From: Minisyncoccota bacterium
Lineage (GTDB): Bacteria; Patescibacteriota; Minisyncoccia; Phycocordibacterales; JBAYGS01
Reading direction: 5' to 3'
Length of the DNA stretch: 64,000 bases
Assembly: GCA_041666545.1 (NCBI GenBank)
Contig: JBAYGS010000001.1
Coordinates: forward strand, 217,942 to 281,941
Shown: one piece after another, positions 28,450-38,345 of the stretch
Numbering within the stretch: position 1 is the first letter of the stretch
How the letters are laid out: every line of letters starts with the position of its first letter
Notes under the pieces: generated by a model
Databases searched by the model: none
Seen by the model: the letters and a program-made list of their open reading frames with translations, nothing else
What the model was told of the DNA's origin: nothing
Made by a program: the position numbers and the translations under genes

Positions 28450-28672
28450 TATTCTGCCTTTCCTGTTTGTTTTCTGACAGCTCGTCTGTCTTTGCTTCTT
28501 GGCTTTTCCTTTCATTTAAGCCGTTTTTTCTAGATGCAAATGTCAACGAACGAACTTCTCCTACCTATATTGCATAAATATCAAGCTTTGTCAAGCATTT
28601 TCGCGGGTTGGACTATTTGACTTTTTATATTTGATATGTATAGTTGAAAAAGAAATTCCGACAAAAAAAATT

Positions 28673-29173
28673 ATGAAGACCTTCCTCACCCTCGTCACAC
28701 TTACACTCTGCGTCACTTTTGGAATTTATTTCTACCCGAACTACAGCAGTTGGATCAAGCAAAAAATTTCCGAATTCCGAAAGCACCAAAAGGACAAGGT
28801 GAAAACGGCCAATTTTGAGTTCATCGAAGTTCAGCCCGACAATCCCACCAATTCCGAGGTGGAAGTTCTCAACAGGTGGCTCAAGGACAACAGGGGGCAG
28901 AAAATTGCCGCCTTTACTCAAGTAGGTCTTGGCTATCTACTTTTGACCGAAGAGGGTGACAACTCTCGCCAACTCTTTGCCGCCCTCAATTGCGGTAGCC
29001 GAGATAGTTGGACCGCTGATAACGGATTTGGGGTTGCCGATTTGCAAAGACAGTTTCAACTTACCTGGCCAGCGAGCAAAATAACAAGTTTTGCTCCCTC
29101 GCTACAAATCCGGGCAAAAAAGGCTTACATAATCCTTTATGAGAGTCAGCTCTCTAATTTGCCGACAAGATAA
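28673..29173 (+). CDS. Hypothetical membrane-anchored protein
   Basis: N-terminal TM helix; terminator at ~29182-29208. Confidence 0.6.
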   Translation: MKTFLTLVTLTLCVTFGIYFYPNYSSWIKQKISEFRKHQKDKVKTANFEFIEVQPDNPTNSEVEVLNRWLKDNRGQKIAAFTQVGLGYLLLTEEGDNSRQLFAALNCGSRDSWTADNGFGVADLQRQFQLTWPASKITSFAPSLQIRAKKAYIILYESQLSNLPTR

Positions 29174-29220
29174 TCGAGTTCGGGCCGCGCGTTTCGCGCG
29201 GCCCTTTTAAATTGATTTGA

Positions 29221-29339
29221 CCCCGTTAGAGATAGGTCGCCGCAACGACGACCGTAGCAGTTAAGGTGTCTCCGGTGTTCTAAACAAAAAGGAGTTTGGC
29301 TTTGTGACTGCCATTCTTAACAAAAAATCTCTAACGTGG
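29221..29339. mobile_element. MITE (119 bp)
   Basis: Terminal inverted repeat CCCCGTTAGAGAT/ATCTCTAACGTGG, flanked by TTGA on both sides; internal hairpin shared with the 18517 copy. Confidence 0.8.
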
Positions 29340-29416
29340 TTGACTTCCTACTTGAATATGATAATTATAGGTCAGAGTTCAAGCACAAAACCGAACTCGG
29401 AAAAGAAAGGAAAAGT

Positions 29417-29695
29417 ATGAAGAAGGAAGAGATCATTGACGCCATCAAAGTTAAAGGTGGCGAACTGCTCCAGAAGGTCAAAGACATCATCGCCAAAGGC
29501 AACGCCAGCAAAATCCGCATCAAGGGTGAAGACGGCAAGACCGTTGCCAGCTTCCCCATCAATGTCGGCCTCATCGCCACCATCGGCGCGCCTGTCTTCG
29601 TCGCCGTTGGCGCGATGGCCGCGGTCATCAACGACTGCACAATCGAGGTGGTTCGAAAGACGGACGATAGCGAGAAATCCAAGAAAAAAAAGTAG
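29417..29695 (+). CDS. DUF4342 family protein
   Basis: ELLQKVKDIIAKGNASKIRIK...PINVG...CTIEV; SD AAGAAAGGA. Confidence 0.8.
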   Translation: MKKEEIIDAIKVKGGELLQKVKDIIAKGNASKIRIKGEDGKTVASFPINVGLIATIGAPVFVAVGAMAAVINDCTIEVVRKTDDSEKSKKKK

Positions 29696-29951
29696 CCCTT
29701 CCGCCGGCCAGACACCAAGTGTCTGGCCTTTATATTTGGCATCGACCGAATATCAGTGGCACCAATCAAAACCTTTTCCCAACATACAATTTACTCGCGG
29801 TCGCGATAAAATTGTATGTTGGAAAATCATGCTCGGGGAAATCTTGCTTGTTGGTAAATACCGTAAGAGGATATAGATTATGTCATTTGACTTTTTTGAT
29901 TTTAACTGTAGATTAGAACTTAGAGAAACCTGAACATTTTAAAAAAGGCTA

Positions 29952-30617
29952 ATGATGAATACTGACGAAAGGCCCGTTTACATTACTAATGATGTTGAGG
30001 CCGCCGGGAATCGACTTGGCCACCACTGCGCCCTATCCTTTGGAACCTGCGTTGTCACAAGAGACGCAAACCTAATCGGCAATCGAATCACATCGTTTCC
30101 TGATCTGATTTTCTACACTGAACTCCGGCCTAGCACGATTAATTTCGAGGTTGAAGCATTAAAAGTCGGCTGCCGACAACTCATCTGTCTCGAAGAACGC
30201 ATCCGGACCGACAAGAGATTTGATCCTGACAGTAACCTGTTTGAGCCGGAAAGAGTGATGGCTTACCTACAAAAAGTTGGCGAGGATCCGAGGCTGGCCA
30301 TGGAGCGCTTTCTGGCTTGGATTGAGCGGGTGACCCTTGGCAATAAACTCAAAGTTGAGGCCGTAGCTGACACCGTCTTTTTTGACAGTGGCTTCATCAA
30401 TCTTTTCTTTGGTCCGAATCACCGAAACAAATCCCCTTACGGTTGGGGCGGGCTCGATCTCGACTCGTTGTACCGGGGTTACACCCAAAGATGGAATGCC
30501 AACCTGAGAGAGCTCGGCATTCCGGACACCAGAATCAAGCCGCACCGGGCCGATCATGACGCCTTCCTCTTGGCCCAAGTCGCCCAGAAATTGCTTTTTA
30601 TAGAGCTTGGGTGGTGA
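29952..30617 (+). CDS. DEDDh 3'-5' exonuclease
   Basis: NDVEAAG, FD and HRADHDA motifs. Confidence 0.8.
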   Translation: MMNTDERPVYITNDVEAAGNRLGHHCALSFGTCVVTRDANLIGNRITSFPDLIFYTELRPSTINFEVEALKVGCRQLICLEERIRTDKRFDPDSNLFEPERVMAYLQKVGEDPRLAMERFLAWIERVTLGNKLKVEAVADTVFFDSGFINLFFGPNHRNKSPYGWGGLDLDSLYRGYTQRWNANLRELGIPDTRIKPHRADHDAFLLAQVAQKLLFIELGW

Positions 30618-30734
30618 GTAATCTGATTCCTTCGCCCCGCAGGTGTACCCACCTGCGGGGCTTTTAATTGACAAAATCGACTTTTCAAGTAGATTGATGA
30701 AAGTAGCTCATTTCAAAAAAGGGAAAACTCTGGA

Positions 30735-31007
30735 ATGAAAATCGAAAAACGCCCAGATCAGCTTTTCTGCATTTACCAAAGAGTCGGCGACCCGAAGAAA
30801 CAGCTCTGGCGTCTGAAAAGAAAAATCTGGAACACAACGGTTCCAGGCGCTCTTGAAGTCTGGCTCGGAGTTTCCTTTGCCAGGTGGCAATCTCGGCCCA
30901 TTCGGTTTTTAGCGATCACCGAAGAAATCCCCAGCCACAAGATTGGTGGCCTCTACCCTTTCCGAGCAATCAAAAGCAAATATTTTTACCTCTACCGAGG
31001 CTGGTAG
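30735..31007 (+). CDS. Hypothetical protein
   Basis: TTGACA promoter and a terminator at ~31018-31040. Confidence 0.5.
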   Translation: MKIEKRPDQLFCIYQRVGDPKKQLWRLKRKIWNTTVPGALEVWLGVSFARWQSRPIRFLAITEEIPSHKIGGLYPFRAIKSKYFYLYRGW

Positions 31008-31042
31008 ATGGTTTACCACCCGCATTGCAATGCGGGTTTTAA

Positions 31043-31360
31043 TTACTTTAATTCTTCTCGCAATTTAGCCAAGTCAGCTTTAATCTCATCTCGTCTCAAG
31101 CGGTATTCCTCCAAAAGAGCACTCGGGTTCGAAGCTAGCCAGTCTTTTTCCCCTTCATCATAAAGGTGATAATTCGGCTCGCGACCGGTTTCAATATCTC
31201 TAATTTTAGTATTAAGTGTAATTTCTTCCTTCACCAAGGCTTCGATTTCGGCGGTCAGTCTTAAGCGGCGCTCATAAAATTCCGAGTCGTCTCGATTAGA
31301 CTCAATTTTTTCGGGTCTTTTGGGAATCTGACCAAAATTTTCAAATGGATTTTTAAACAT
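31043..31360 (-). CDS. Hypothetical coiled-coil protein
   Basis: Charged helical ORF. Confidence 0.55.
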   Translation of the reverse strand: MFKNPFENFGQIPKRPEKIESNRDDSEFYERRLRLTAEIEALVKEEITLNTKIRDIETGREPNYHLYDEGEKDWLASNPSALLEEYRLRRDEIKADLAKLREELK

Positions 31361-31401
31361 CAAAGTGAGTCTGGTTAACCTAATTACTTATATGCTAACA
31401 T

Positions 31402-32298
31402 ATGAGAACTATGTCAAACAAACCACTGGAACTGCTTTATTCTAAAAATTGGCAAGATTATGAACTGATTGATTCCGGGAACGGCCAAAAGCTTGAGCGT
31501 TTCGGCCAAACTCTTTTTGTTCGTCCCGATTCGCAAGCTATCTGGCCTCCCCACTTGCCCCAAGACGAGTGGCAAAAAGCCTCAGCGACTTTTGAAACCG
31601 GCGAAAAGGACAAGGGCGGTTGGAAATATCGAAAACAATTTACCAAGCGATTCAAACTGCAATATCAGAAACTCGTTTTTTGGGCTGAGCCGACACCATT
31701 CCGGCATCTTGGCGTTTTTCCGGAACAGGCGCCACACTGGGATTTTGCTAGTGAGCAAATCGGTAAAACTAAGCAACCAGTAAAAATTTTAAACCTTTTC
31801 GGCTACACCGGATTGGCCAGCCTGGCGACCGCTTCGGCCGGAGCCGAGGTTGTGCATGTTGATGCTTCCAAAACTAGCATCGCCTGGGCCAAGGAAAATC
31901 AAAAACTCTCCGGCTTGGAGAAATCGATCATTCGCTGGATTGAGGACGACGCCTTAAAATTCGTCCGCAGAGAAATCAAGCGGGGCAATTTTTATGACGG
32001 TATTATCATGGACCCGCCAAAATTTGGCCGAGGACCAAAGGGTGAAATTTGGAAATTCGAGGAACTCTTCCCTACTTTGCTTGCTGAATGTGCCAAAATC
32101 TTGAAGCCGAGACCGCTCTTTTTCATTATCACCTCCTACGCTTCCGAAATTTCGGCCGTGAGCCTGGGCAACGCCTTAAAGATCGCGCTCAGAGCCGACG
32201 ACTCTCAAATAACTTCCGGCGAACTGACCAATCTGGAATCGGCGACCGGCAGATTGCTTTCGGAAGCTCGCTTCGCCCGCTTTCAGGGCCAAAACTAA
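31402..32298 (+). CDS. Class I SAM-dependent methyltransferase (RlmI/K-like family)
   Basis: YELIDSG.G.KLERFG, GVFPEQ, LNLFGYTG and MDPPKFGRG motifs. Confidence 0.9.
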   Translation: MRTMSNKPLELLYSKNWQDYELIDSGNGQKLERFGQTLFVRPDSQAIWPPHLPQDEWQKASATFETGEKDKGGWKYRKQFTKRFKLQYQKLVFWAEPTPFRHLGVFPEQAPHWDFASEQIGKTKQPVKILNLFGYTGLASLATASAGAEVVHVDASKTSIAWAKENQKLSGLEKSIIRWIEDDALKFVRREIKRGNFYDGIIMDPPKFGRGPKGEIWKFEELFPTLLAECAKILKPRPLFFIITSYASEISAVSLGNALKIALRADDSQITSGELTNLESATGRLLSEARFARFQGQN

Positions 32299-32340
32299 TC
32301 TGGGGATTGGCCAAGACTCCGGTCATGGTAAAATTGATTT

Positions 32341-32589
32341 ATGAAATTCACCCGCCGACCAATTAATGTCTTGGAATTCAAGAAAAATCGTCGCTACTGG
32401 CCATACTTACTGATTTCGCTTTTATTTCTGATAATCGCCTGGCTTGATGCTTTGCGAATTATTTTGGGCATCGACTCACGCTTATTTGGTTTTACTTTTC
32501 CGATGTGGCTTTCGGGCATCATTTTGGTTTTCGCCATCTACTTCGCCTACCGGTCTTTCGTCTTCTGCTTTGATTGTGACGGAAAGTAG
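32341..32589 (+). CDS. Small two-TM membrane protein
   Basis: Hydrophobic helices; -10 box TAAAAT 6 nt upstream. Confidence 0.55.
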   Translation: MKFTRRPINVLEFKKNRRYWPYLLISLLFLIIAWLDALRIILGIDSRLFGFTFPMWLSGIILVFAIYFAYRSFVFCFDCDGK

Positions 32590-32683
32590 CCACAAATACA
32601 AAAGTGGGGCTAAAACAAAAACTCCCTTGAGGGAGTTTTTGTTTTAGCCCAATTACAATTACTTATTTAGCATTTACGCTAAA

Positions 32684-32902
32684 TTACATTGCTTGGCCAG
32701 TACCGCAAGCCTTGCAATTGCCCTTATGGCTGAAAACTTCAACCAAAGCGGCTAGACCGACAAGGACATAAATCACCTTGGAGATCGTTGCTGCCTGTCC
32801 GCCGAAGATGACGCCAATATCCCAGCTAAAGAGGCCTACCAAAAGCCAGTTTAGACCACCGATGATAAGGAGGATAAAAGCGACCATGTGTAATCCTTTC
32901 AT
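32684..32902 (-). CDS. DUF378 family membrane protein
   Basis: LLIIGGLNWLLVG...IYVLVGLAA. Confidence 0.88.
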   Translation of the reverse strand: MKGLHMVAFILLIIGGLNWLLVGLFSWDIGVIFGGQAATISKVIYVLVGLAALVEVFSHKGNCKACGTGQAM

Positions 32903-33051
32903 AACTTTTAATAAATTAACTATTAATGATCGACTTTAATTACCCCATTATTATACTCCTAAGTCCAAGAGGTAAACAGCGAGTAATACACAGGTCCAGG
33001 TATTTAAAAACCCCTCCCGCAAAAGTGCGCAAGGGGCGAAAAGCCAAGAAA

Positions 33052-33348
33052 TCAGGCCGCCATAACGACCCTTTTCCAGGCCGAACGCTTTTGGGGGCTG
33101 TTGAAAAGAAACGATACGTGGATTCCACGGGTATCAACTCGACAAAAAACCGTAAAATTCAAGCCGAGCTTCCGGCGATTTCCCGCAAGCATTGCCACCT
33201 GATGAGCCGGAACCCGCCAGAGGTTTCTGGCCTGGCCATCGCCACAAATGATTCCCGGACACTCCTCGGCATCCGGCACTTGCTCCGCGATGATTCGGTT
33301 GGTAGCTTCATCAGCTTCGATAAACCATTCAGTTTTGGCTTCACTCAT
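33052..33348 (-). CDS. Hypothetical protein
   Basis: TTGACA promoter and SD GAAAGGTG. Confidence 0.55.
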   Translation of the reverse strand: MSEAKTEWFIEADEATNRIIAEQVPDAEECPGIICGDGQARNLWRVPAHQVAMLAGNRRKLGLNFTVFCRVDTRGIHVSFLFNSPQKRSAWKRVVMAA

Positions 33349-33448
33349 AAGTCACCTTTCTTTTTCTATCTATTTATACAATACAGCTAATTATCTGCGT
33401 GTCAATAACTAATTTGACATCGCTAAGCCGGCACGGTATCATATTTCC

Positions 33449-33642
33449 ATGCCTAATTTTTACGGCCAAATGAATATTAATAAGAACACCACCTATCCTC
33501 GTGGCACTTTTGGCGTTTCTCTTAATGACGCCGATTGTGAACGCTTATATTCAGCCGTAATTTTTTTAACTCCCCAATTTTAATTTAACCAGCTATTAAT
33601 TTTGCTTAGAAAAATCCCGGCTGAATGAAAGCCGGGATTTTT
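33449..33642 (+). promoter_or_regulatory. Putative attenuator: 44-codon leader ORF plus terminator/antiterminator
   Basis: ORF at 33449-33583; terminator at 33610-33642; ATTCAGCCG (33549-57) is complementary to CGGCTGAAT (33618-26). Confidence 0.6.
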
Positions 33643-33732
33643 CATTTTGCCTAAAGCCGCGTGGCTCGGCCAAAAAAATCTCAACCTTCATTCAGATTTG
33701 TTCTTTAAAAATTCAACCAGGAAAGCATAGTT

Positions 33733-34923
33733 ATGGCTAAACAAATTATCCATCGATATCTAGCATTAGTCGCTTTAGTGGGAATGTTTGGGACCGGCAT
33801 CGGCTCAGCAACTTACGTCTTATTTCTCAAATCTCATGGTTTGGACTTATTCGAAGTTAACCTAGTCAATGTAGCTTTTTTCACGACCTTATTCATCTGT
33901 GAAATCCCAACTGGGGCTTTCGCAGATGTCTTCGGAAGAAAGCCGTCCTTCATCATATCTTGTTTCCTCTATGCTTTAGGGCTAGGCGCCTACGCCTTTT
34001 CTCAAAGTTTTTGGGGATTCGTTATGGCAGAAATGGTTCTGGCTGTTGGGGCGACTTTTTCAAGCGGAGCATTCAGTGCTTGGCTAGTTGATAGTCTGAA
34101 ACACCACGGCCATGCTGAACCGCTTGCACCGATTTTCTCAAAAGCTGGAGCAATCGGCAGACTCGGCAGTATGGCTGGCGGACTGATAGGGGCTGTCATC
34201 GCTGAATGGGATTTGGCCTTACCCTGGTTTGTCGGATCAATCGGCATGTTCATAGTTGCCGGCTACAGCTTAATAGTTTTACGCGAAGACTATTTTGTCA
34301 AACAAAAACTGAACTGGCGTGAAGGTTGGCAGGCTTTTATTCGAACCGTCAAAACCAGCTTCCACTACAGTCGCAATAACCGGGCAATTAGATTTGTTCT
34401 GATTATTATGGCCCTTCAGTATGTGGTTGTAATGGCGCCGAATATGCAGTGGCAAATCTTTTTCCAGAATAGCGGAGTAAGCAAAAGTATTCTGGGAATG
34501 ATCTGGGTCGGAAACTTGACTCTCTGTATGATCGGATCAGCTTTGGCTCCAAGACTAATAAAAAAATTTCATGGCAACGAGCGAAAAGCTCTGCTTGCTT
34601 CTGAAATTTCTATTGGGATTCTGATCACCATTATGGGGCAATTTGGCAACTACGGATTAGCGATTGCTTTGTTCCTGCTCCACGAACTGCCTCGAGGCAT
34701 GGTTGTGCCCATCAAAGATGCTTACCTGAACAACAACATCGAATCGAAAGAGCGAGCTACAATCCTGTCCTTCGAATCGATTGCCCACCACTTCGGTGGT
34801 GCCATCGGCCTACTGTTAAGCGGACTGCTCGCCAGATCGGCTGGTATTCCCCTCACTTGGTTGGTTTTCGGTTCGTTCTTGGTGATCGGCACAACGCTCG
34901 TTGCCAAAAATGGCCGGCATTAG
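33733..34923 (+). CDS. MFS transporter (possible efflux)
   Basis: EIPTGAFADVFGRK motif A; about 12 TM helices. Confidence 0.92.
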   Translation: MAKQIIHRYLALVALVGMFGTGIGSATYVLFLKSHGLDLFEVNLVNVAFFTTLFICEIPTGAFADVFGRKPSFIISCFLYALGLGAYAFSQSFWGFVMAEMVLAVGATFSSGAFSAWLVDSLKHHGHAEPLAPIFSKAGAIGRLGSMAGGLIGAVIAEWDLALPWFVGSIGMFIVAGYSLIVLREDYFVKQKLNWREGWQAFIRTVKTSFHYSRNNRAIRFVLIIMALQYVVVMAPNMQWQIFFQNSGVSKSILGMIWVGNLTLCMIGSALAPRLIKKFHGNERKALLASEISIGILITIMGQFGNYGLAIALFLLHELPRGMVVPIKDAYLNNNIESKERATILSFESIAHHFGGAIGLLLSGLLARSAGIPLTWLVFGSFLVIGTTLVAKNGRH

Positions 34924-35014
34924 TCGGCATTAGTTAGGTTCAGCCCGATTTTCGCAAAGCGAAAATCGGGCTTTTTGTTTGATTAATACGCTCATTTGTC
35001 ATATGATTTTATAT

Positions 35015-35791
35015 ATGGAAAATAATCTTGAGGCAAATCAGGGGGGTGATGAAAATCATGAGTCAGCCGAAAAAATGATTGACGCAGTAAAGATCTCTGC
35101 AATCTTTAGCGAAGAGGCAACACTAGAGACAATCGCCGAGAGACTTTTGTCAGACGGATCCATCTCCGGATTCACAATCGAGCCGGTAAAGTCTGGCTAT
35201 TTGTACAAGGGTGAGAAAGTTGCAGAAGGACAATTTTCCTTAAATATCCTGACTGAAGGTGACTTGACAAAAGGTCAGCACATTCGAGACGAAATTGAGA
35301 GGCAAATTGGCGACAAATGGGATGTACCGGCCATCACAGAGGAACAGGTCAGAATAAACGAGAAATTTTTAACATTTATTGAAAGAGCCGGAGTCGAGCA
35401 TAAAAAATACGTTGGTGAGAAAAAAAAGAAACTGGCTATTGCCCTATCCGGATTATTGGCCATTGCTGCAGCTCTAGGTTGGATCGGCAAGAAATATGGA
35501 GACGAGAGAGCGAGCGAAGCTGCCAGAGTCTCAGCAAAAAGTGAAAAGACGGAAGCGGAGAAAAAAATATATAAACTTACTGAGGATGTTAGATTTAAAA
35601 TTGTTGATATAGAACGAAAAATAAACGAAGTAACAGAACTGCTTCCGCAGGACCTTAAAAAGCGAGCTCAGGAGGAAATATTCCATTCTGCAAAAACTGA
35701 TATGGCTGTTGCAGGTTTTGACGAGACAGATGAAATTGTAAAAAAGATGCAGGATTTAACCCTTGAAATGGGCAAACTGGCAGAAAAATAA
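35015..35791 (+). CDS. Degenerate CutA-like domain plus TM helix and coiled-coil
   Basis: IAERLL...PVKSGYLYKG...WDVPAI resembles CutA. Confidence 0.45.
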   Translation: MENNLEANQGGDENHESAEKMIDAVKISAIFSEEATLETIAERLLSDGSISGFTIEPVKSGYLYKGEKVAEGQFSLNILTEGDLTKGQHIRDEIERQIGDKWDVPAITEEQVRINEKFLTFIERAGVEHKKYVGEKKKKLAIALSGLLAIAAALGWIGKKYGDERASEAARVSAKSEKTEAEKKIYKLTEDVRFKIVDIERKINEVTELLPQDLKKRAQEEIFHSAKTDMAVAGFDETDEIVKKMQDLTLEMGKLAEK

Positions 35792-35848
35792 ACCTCGTTT
35801 CTTTCCCCATACCATATACTCTATACTTAATACTTTATACTTCCTACC

Positions 35849-36565
35849 ATGTCTCGCCTTGATGTCGAATTAGTGAATCGCGGTTTGGCTCGAAGTCGGA
35901 CTATCGCTCAAACCTTAATTGAACAGGGTGCGGTTTTGCTAAACGAACAGCCGGCCGAAAAATCCAGCACCAACATCTCCCCGATCGATAAACTGGAAGT
36001 TATTGCCGATTTGCCATACGTCAGCCGAGCTGGAGTCAAACTGGAAAAAGCCCTGGATGAATTTGAACTAAATCCTAGCGGTTTAGTCGTACTTGATGTT
36101 GGCTCTTCAACCGGTGGTTTTACCGATTGCCTAATTCAGAATGGTGCAATCAAAGTCTACGCCGTCGATGTTGGCACCGGCCAACTTAATCCGGAATTAA
36201 AGAAAAATCTAAAAGTAGTTTCAATCGAGCAAACCGACATTCGCAATCTGGCTTCCATACCGGAACAGGCAGATTTGGCAGTAATCGATGTCTCTTTTAT
36301 CTCCCTAACCAAAGTCTTACCGGCCGTCAAAAAATTCTTAAAACCTCAAGCTAAAATTATTGCTTTAGTCAAACCCCAATTTGAAGTCGGGCCGGATATT
36401 GTGAATAAAAAGGGTGTAGTCGCCGATGTGAAAATCCGAGAAAAAGCTCTGCAAGATGTAATCGCTTGGACCGAACAAAACGGTTTTGTTTTCTTGAAAC
36501 AAATCGAGTCCCCGATCCACGGCACCGACGGCAACACGGAGTATCTGATTTATTTATCAATCTAA
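35849..36565 (+). CDS. tlyA: TlyA family rRNA 2'-O-methyltransferase
   Basis: RLD S4 domain; YVSRAGVKL, DVGSSTGGFTD, DVSFISL and KPQFE motifs. Confidence 0.95.
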   Translation: MSRLDVELVNRGLARSRTIAQTLIEQGAVLLNEQPAEKSSTNISPIDKLEVIADLPYVSRAGVKLEKALDEFELNPSGLVVLDVGSSTGGFTDCLIQNGAIKVYAVDVGTGQLNPELKKNLKVVSIEQTDIRNLASIPEQADLAVIDVSFISLTKVLPAVKKFLKPQAKIIALVKPQFEVGPDIVNKKGVVADVKIREKALQDVIAWTEQNGFVFLKQIESPIHGTDGNTEYLIYLSI

Positions 36566-36645
36566 AAACCATTCTGGAATTCTCAAGAACTTCAGAATAG
36601 TTGAAAATTAAAAAACCCCCGGATTGCTCCGAGGGTTACCACTTT

Positions 36646-38331
36646 TTAATCAGTGGAATTTTTCTTGCGACCTGCCAACATTAGACCAACGAAAGGCCCG
36701 ATGAGTTCGGCAAGGGTCAAACGGCTAGTGTCCCGCCAATCACCGCGCGGGATAGTTTGCAGGACGAGAGCGTGAATCAGGATATGCAGTTGGAGTTCTT
36801 CCAACCGGCGATCCGATGATTCACAGGCCACCCAATGGGGATGCCGGATATTGATGTGGAGTACGCCAGCTTCAGCGTCCAACTGCCAAAGATCATCCGA
36901 ACCTTCCATCAAACTGTGATTGAAGCGGAGACCGAGACTGTTGCGCTTGACCGGCACCCGAAGACCACCACTAGGAGAATCGACCACGAGCGGATGATGC
37001 TCTGGCTTTTCATCTGTCGGTGGCTTCGGCACCGCGACCGGATCAGGATCCTTGCTCGGTTCCTTTTCCTTACCGGCGCCACCTCCGACTGCCGTACCAG
37101 TAAACTCCTCGCCCTCAAGCACCTTCGTGTCATCGGGTTTAGTGTGTCTGGTACCAACACTGCCAATCTTGAAACTCTTAATGACGCCGAGCAGGCCCGC
37201 GAAAGCTTCAGTCTTAATCACCGACTGAAATCGCTCGAGAGTTTGAATTCCCAAACGAACATAGCGCTCTTCGGTTTGAGTCTTAACCGTCTCTTCGTAG
37301 TAGCTTGAACCGACGCCGACAAACCAGGCATTAATTGCCGTACAAAAGCCCCTCAAGGCTTCGTTGGCAATGAACTTCTCCCGGCCGACATGCAGCTCAA
37401 GCTTGGTGCCGACAATTTCGCCCTCGAAAACTCCGGAGGACAGTGCTTCCGCCACGTCCGGCAGAAGCCAATCCTCATCTTTCACCTGACGAAGCATCTT
37501 CGAGAGAGCGAATGTGTAAGGATTGTTGACAATCCCGACTTTTACCACGCCCCGCCGCCGACCACGCTGATCAGCTTGAGCAAGCCAGAGCCGAAAGTAG
37601 CTCATCCCGCAGGCAGGATCATCGATAAACTCGTCGGTCAGTTGTTTGCCGGTATAGGCCCGACCTGAAAAGCTGCCTCTGGCAAGCTCGCCATCTTCGT
37701 CAACGAAATCGACAAACACCACAACCTTATGCTTCAACAGCACGACATTGTAGCGCTCGATAATTCCGGAACGAAGCGACTCGGTAGACATCCGGCGCGT
37801 AATCGCGTCAGTCGTAGTTTCGTAGAGTCGAACTTCAGTGTTCCACTCCACATCACGAATATCACGCCGCAAACGGTTGGGAATATAGATCTCGCCAACC
37901 TGGCGACGAATGTCTTCGGTCACGAATTCCCACTCGACAAAATGGTCGGAACTGCCTCTCAACTTTGAAATGAAGGTGTTCCGTTTGCATTTGCCAAGAG
38001 GACTGATGAGACCTTGGCCAAACCGACCAAACTTGTCGGTCACATCAATCTTGGATGAAACCAAGCAGGAAGTCAGCGCCCTGTCGAAGTTTTCCCGACT
38101 CGTGCCGCCGCCGTTATCCCGAATGATGATTTGGTTCTTTTTCTGATCGACATAGATCCAGATTTTGGTTGCGTTAACATCCAAAGCGTTCTGGACCTGT
38201 TCGAAAATGACGAGCGGTAGTGTCCGATAATCTTCGGCAAACCGCAGGAGTCCAATTCCTAACGGATAAGCCACCCGGCTAAGGTTGCGAGTGCCACTTG
38301 TAGGCGACAGCTCAACTGTTGCAGTGCTCAT
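36646..38331 (-). CDS. GHKL (MORC/HSP90-like) ATPase
   Basis: EQVQNALD, IRDNGGG and GRFGQG motifs; C-terminal INIRHP. Confidence 0.85.
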   Translation of the reverse strand: MSTATVELSPTSGTRNLSRVAYPLGIGLLRFAEDYRTLPLVIFEQVQNALDVNATKIWIYVDQKKNQIIIRDNGGGTSRENFDRALTSCLVSSKIDVTDKFGRFGQGLISPLGKCKRNTFISKLRGSSDHFVEWEFVTEDIRRQVGEIYIPNRLRRDIRDVEWNTEVRLYETTTDAITRRMSTESLRSGIIERYNVVLLKHKVVVFVDFVDEDGELARGSFSGRAYTGKQLTDEFIDDPACGMSYFRLWLAQADQRGRRRGVVKVGIVNNPYTFALSKMLRQVKDEDWLLPDVAEALSSGVFEGEIVGTKLELHVGREKFIANEALRGFCTAINAWFVGVGSSYYEETVKTQTEERYVRLGIQTLERFQSVIKTEAFAGLLGVIKSFKIGSVGTRHTKPDDTKVLEGEEFTGTAVGGGAGKEKEPSKDPDPVAVPKPPTDEKPEHHPLVVDSPSGGLRVPVKRNSLGLRFNHSLMEGSDDLWQLDAEAGVLHINIRHPHWVACESSDRRLEELQLHILIHALVLQTIPRGDWRDTSRLTLAELIGPFVGLMLAGRKKNSTD

Positions 38332-38345
38332 TTTTTTCCTCGTGT

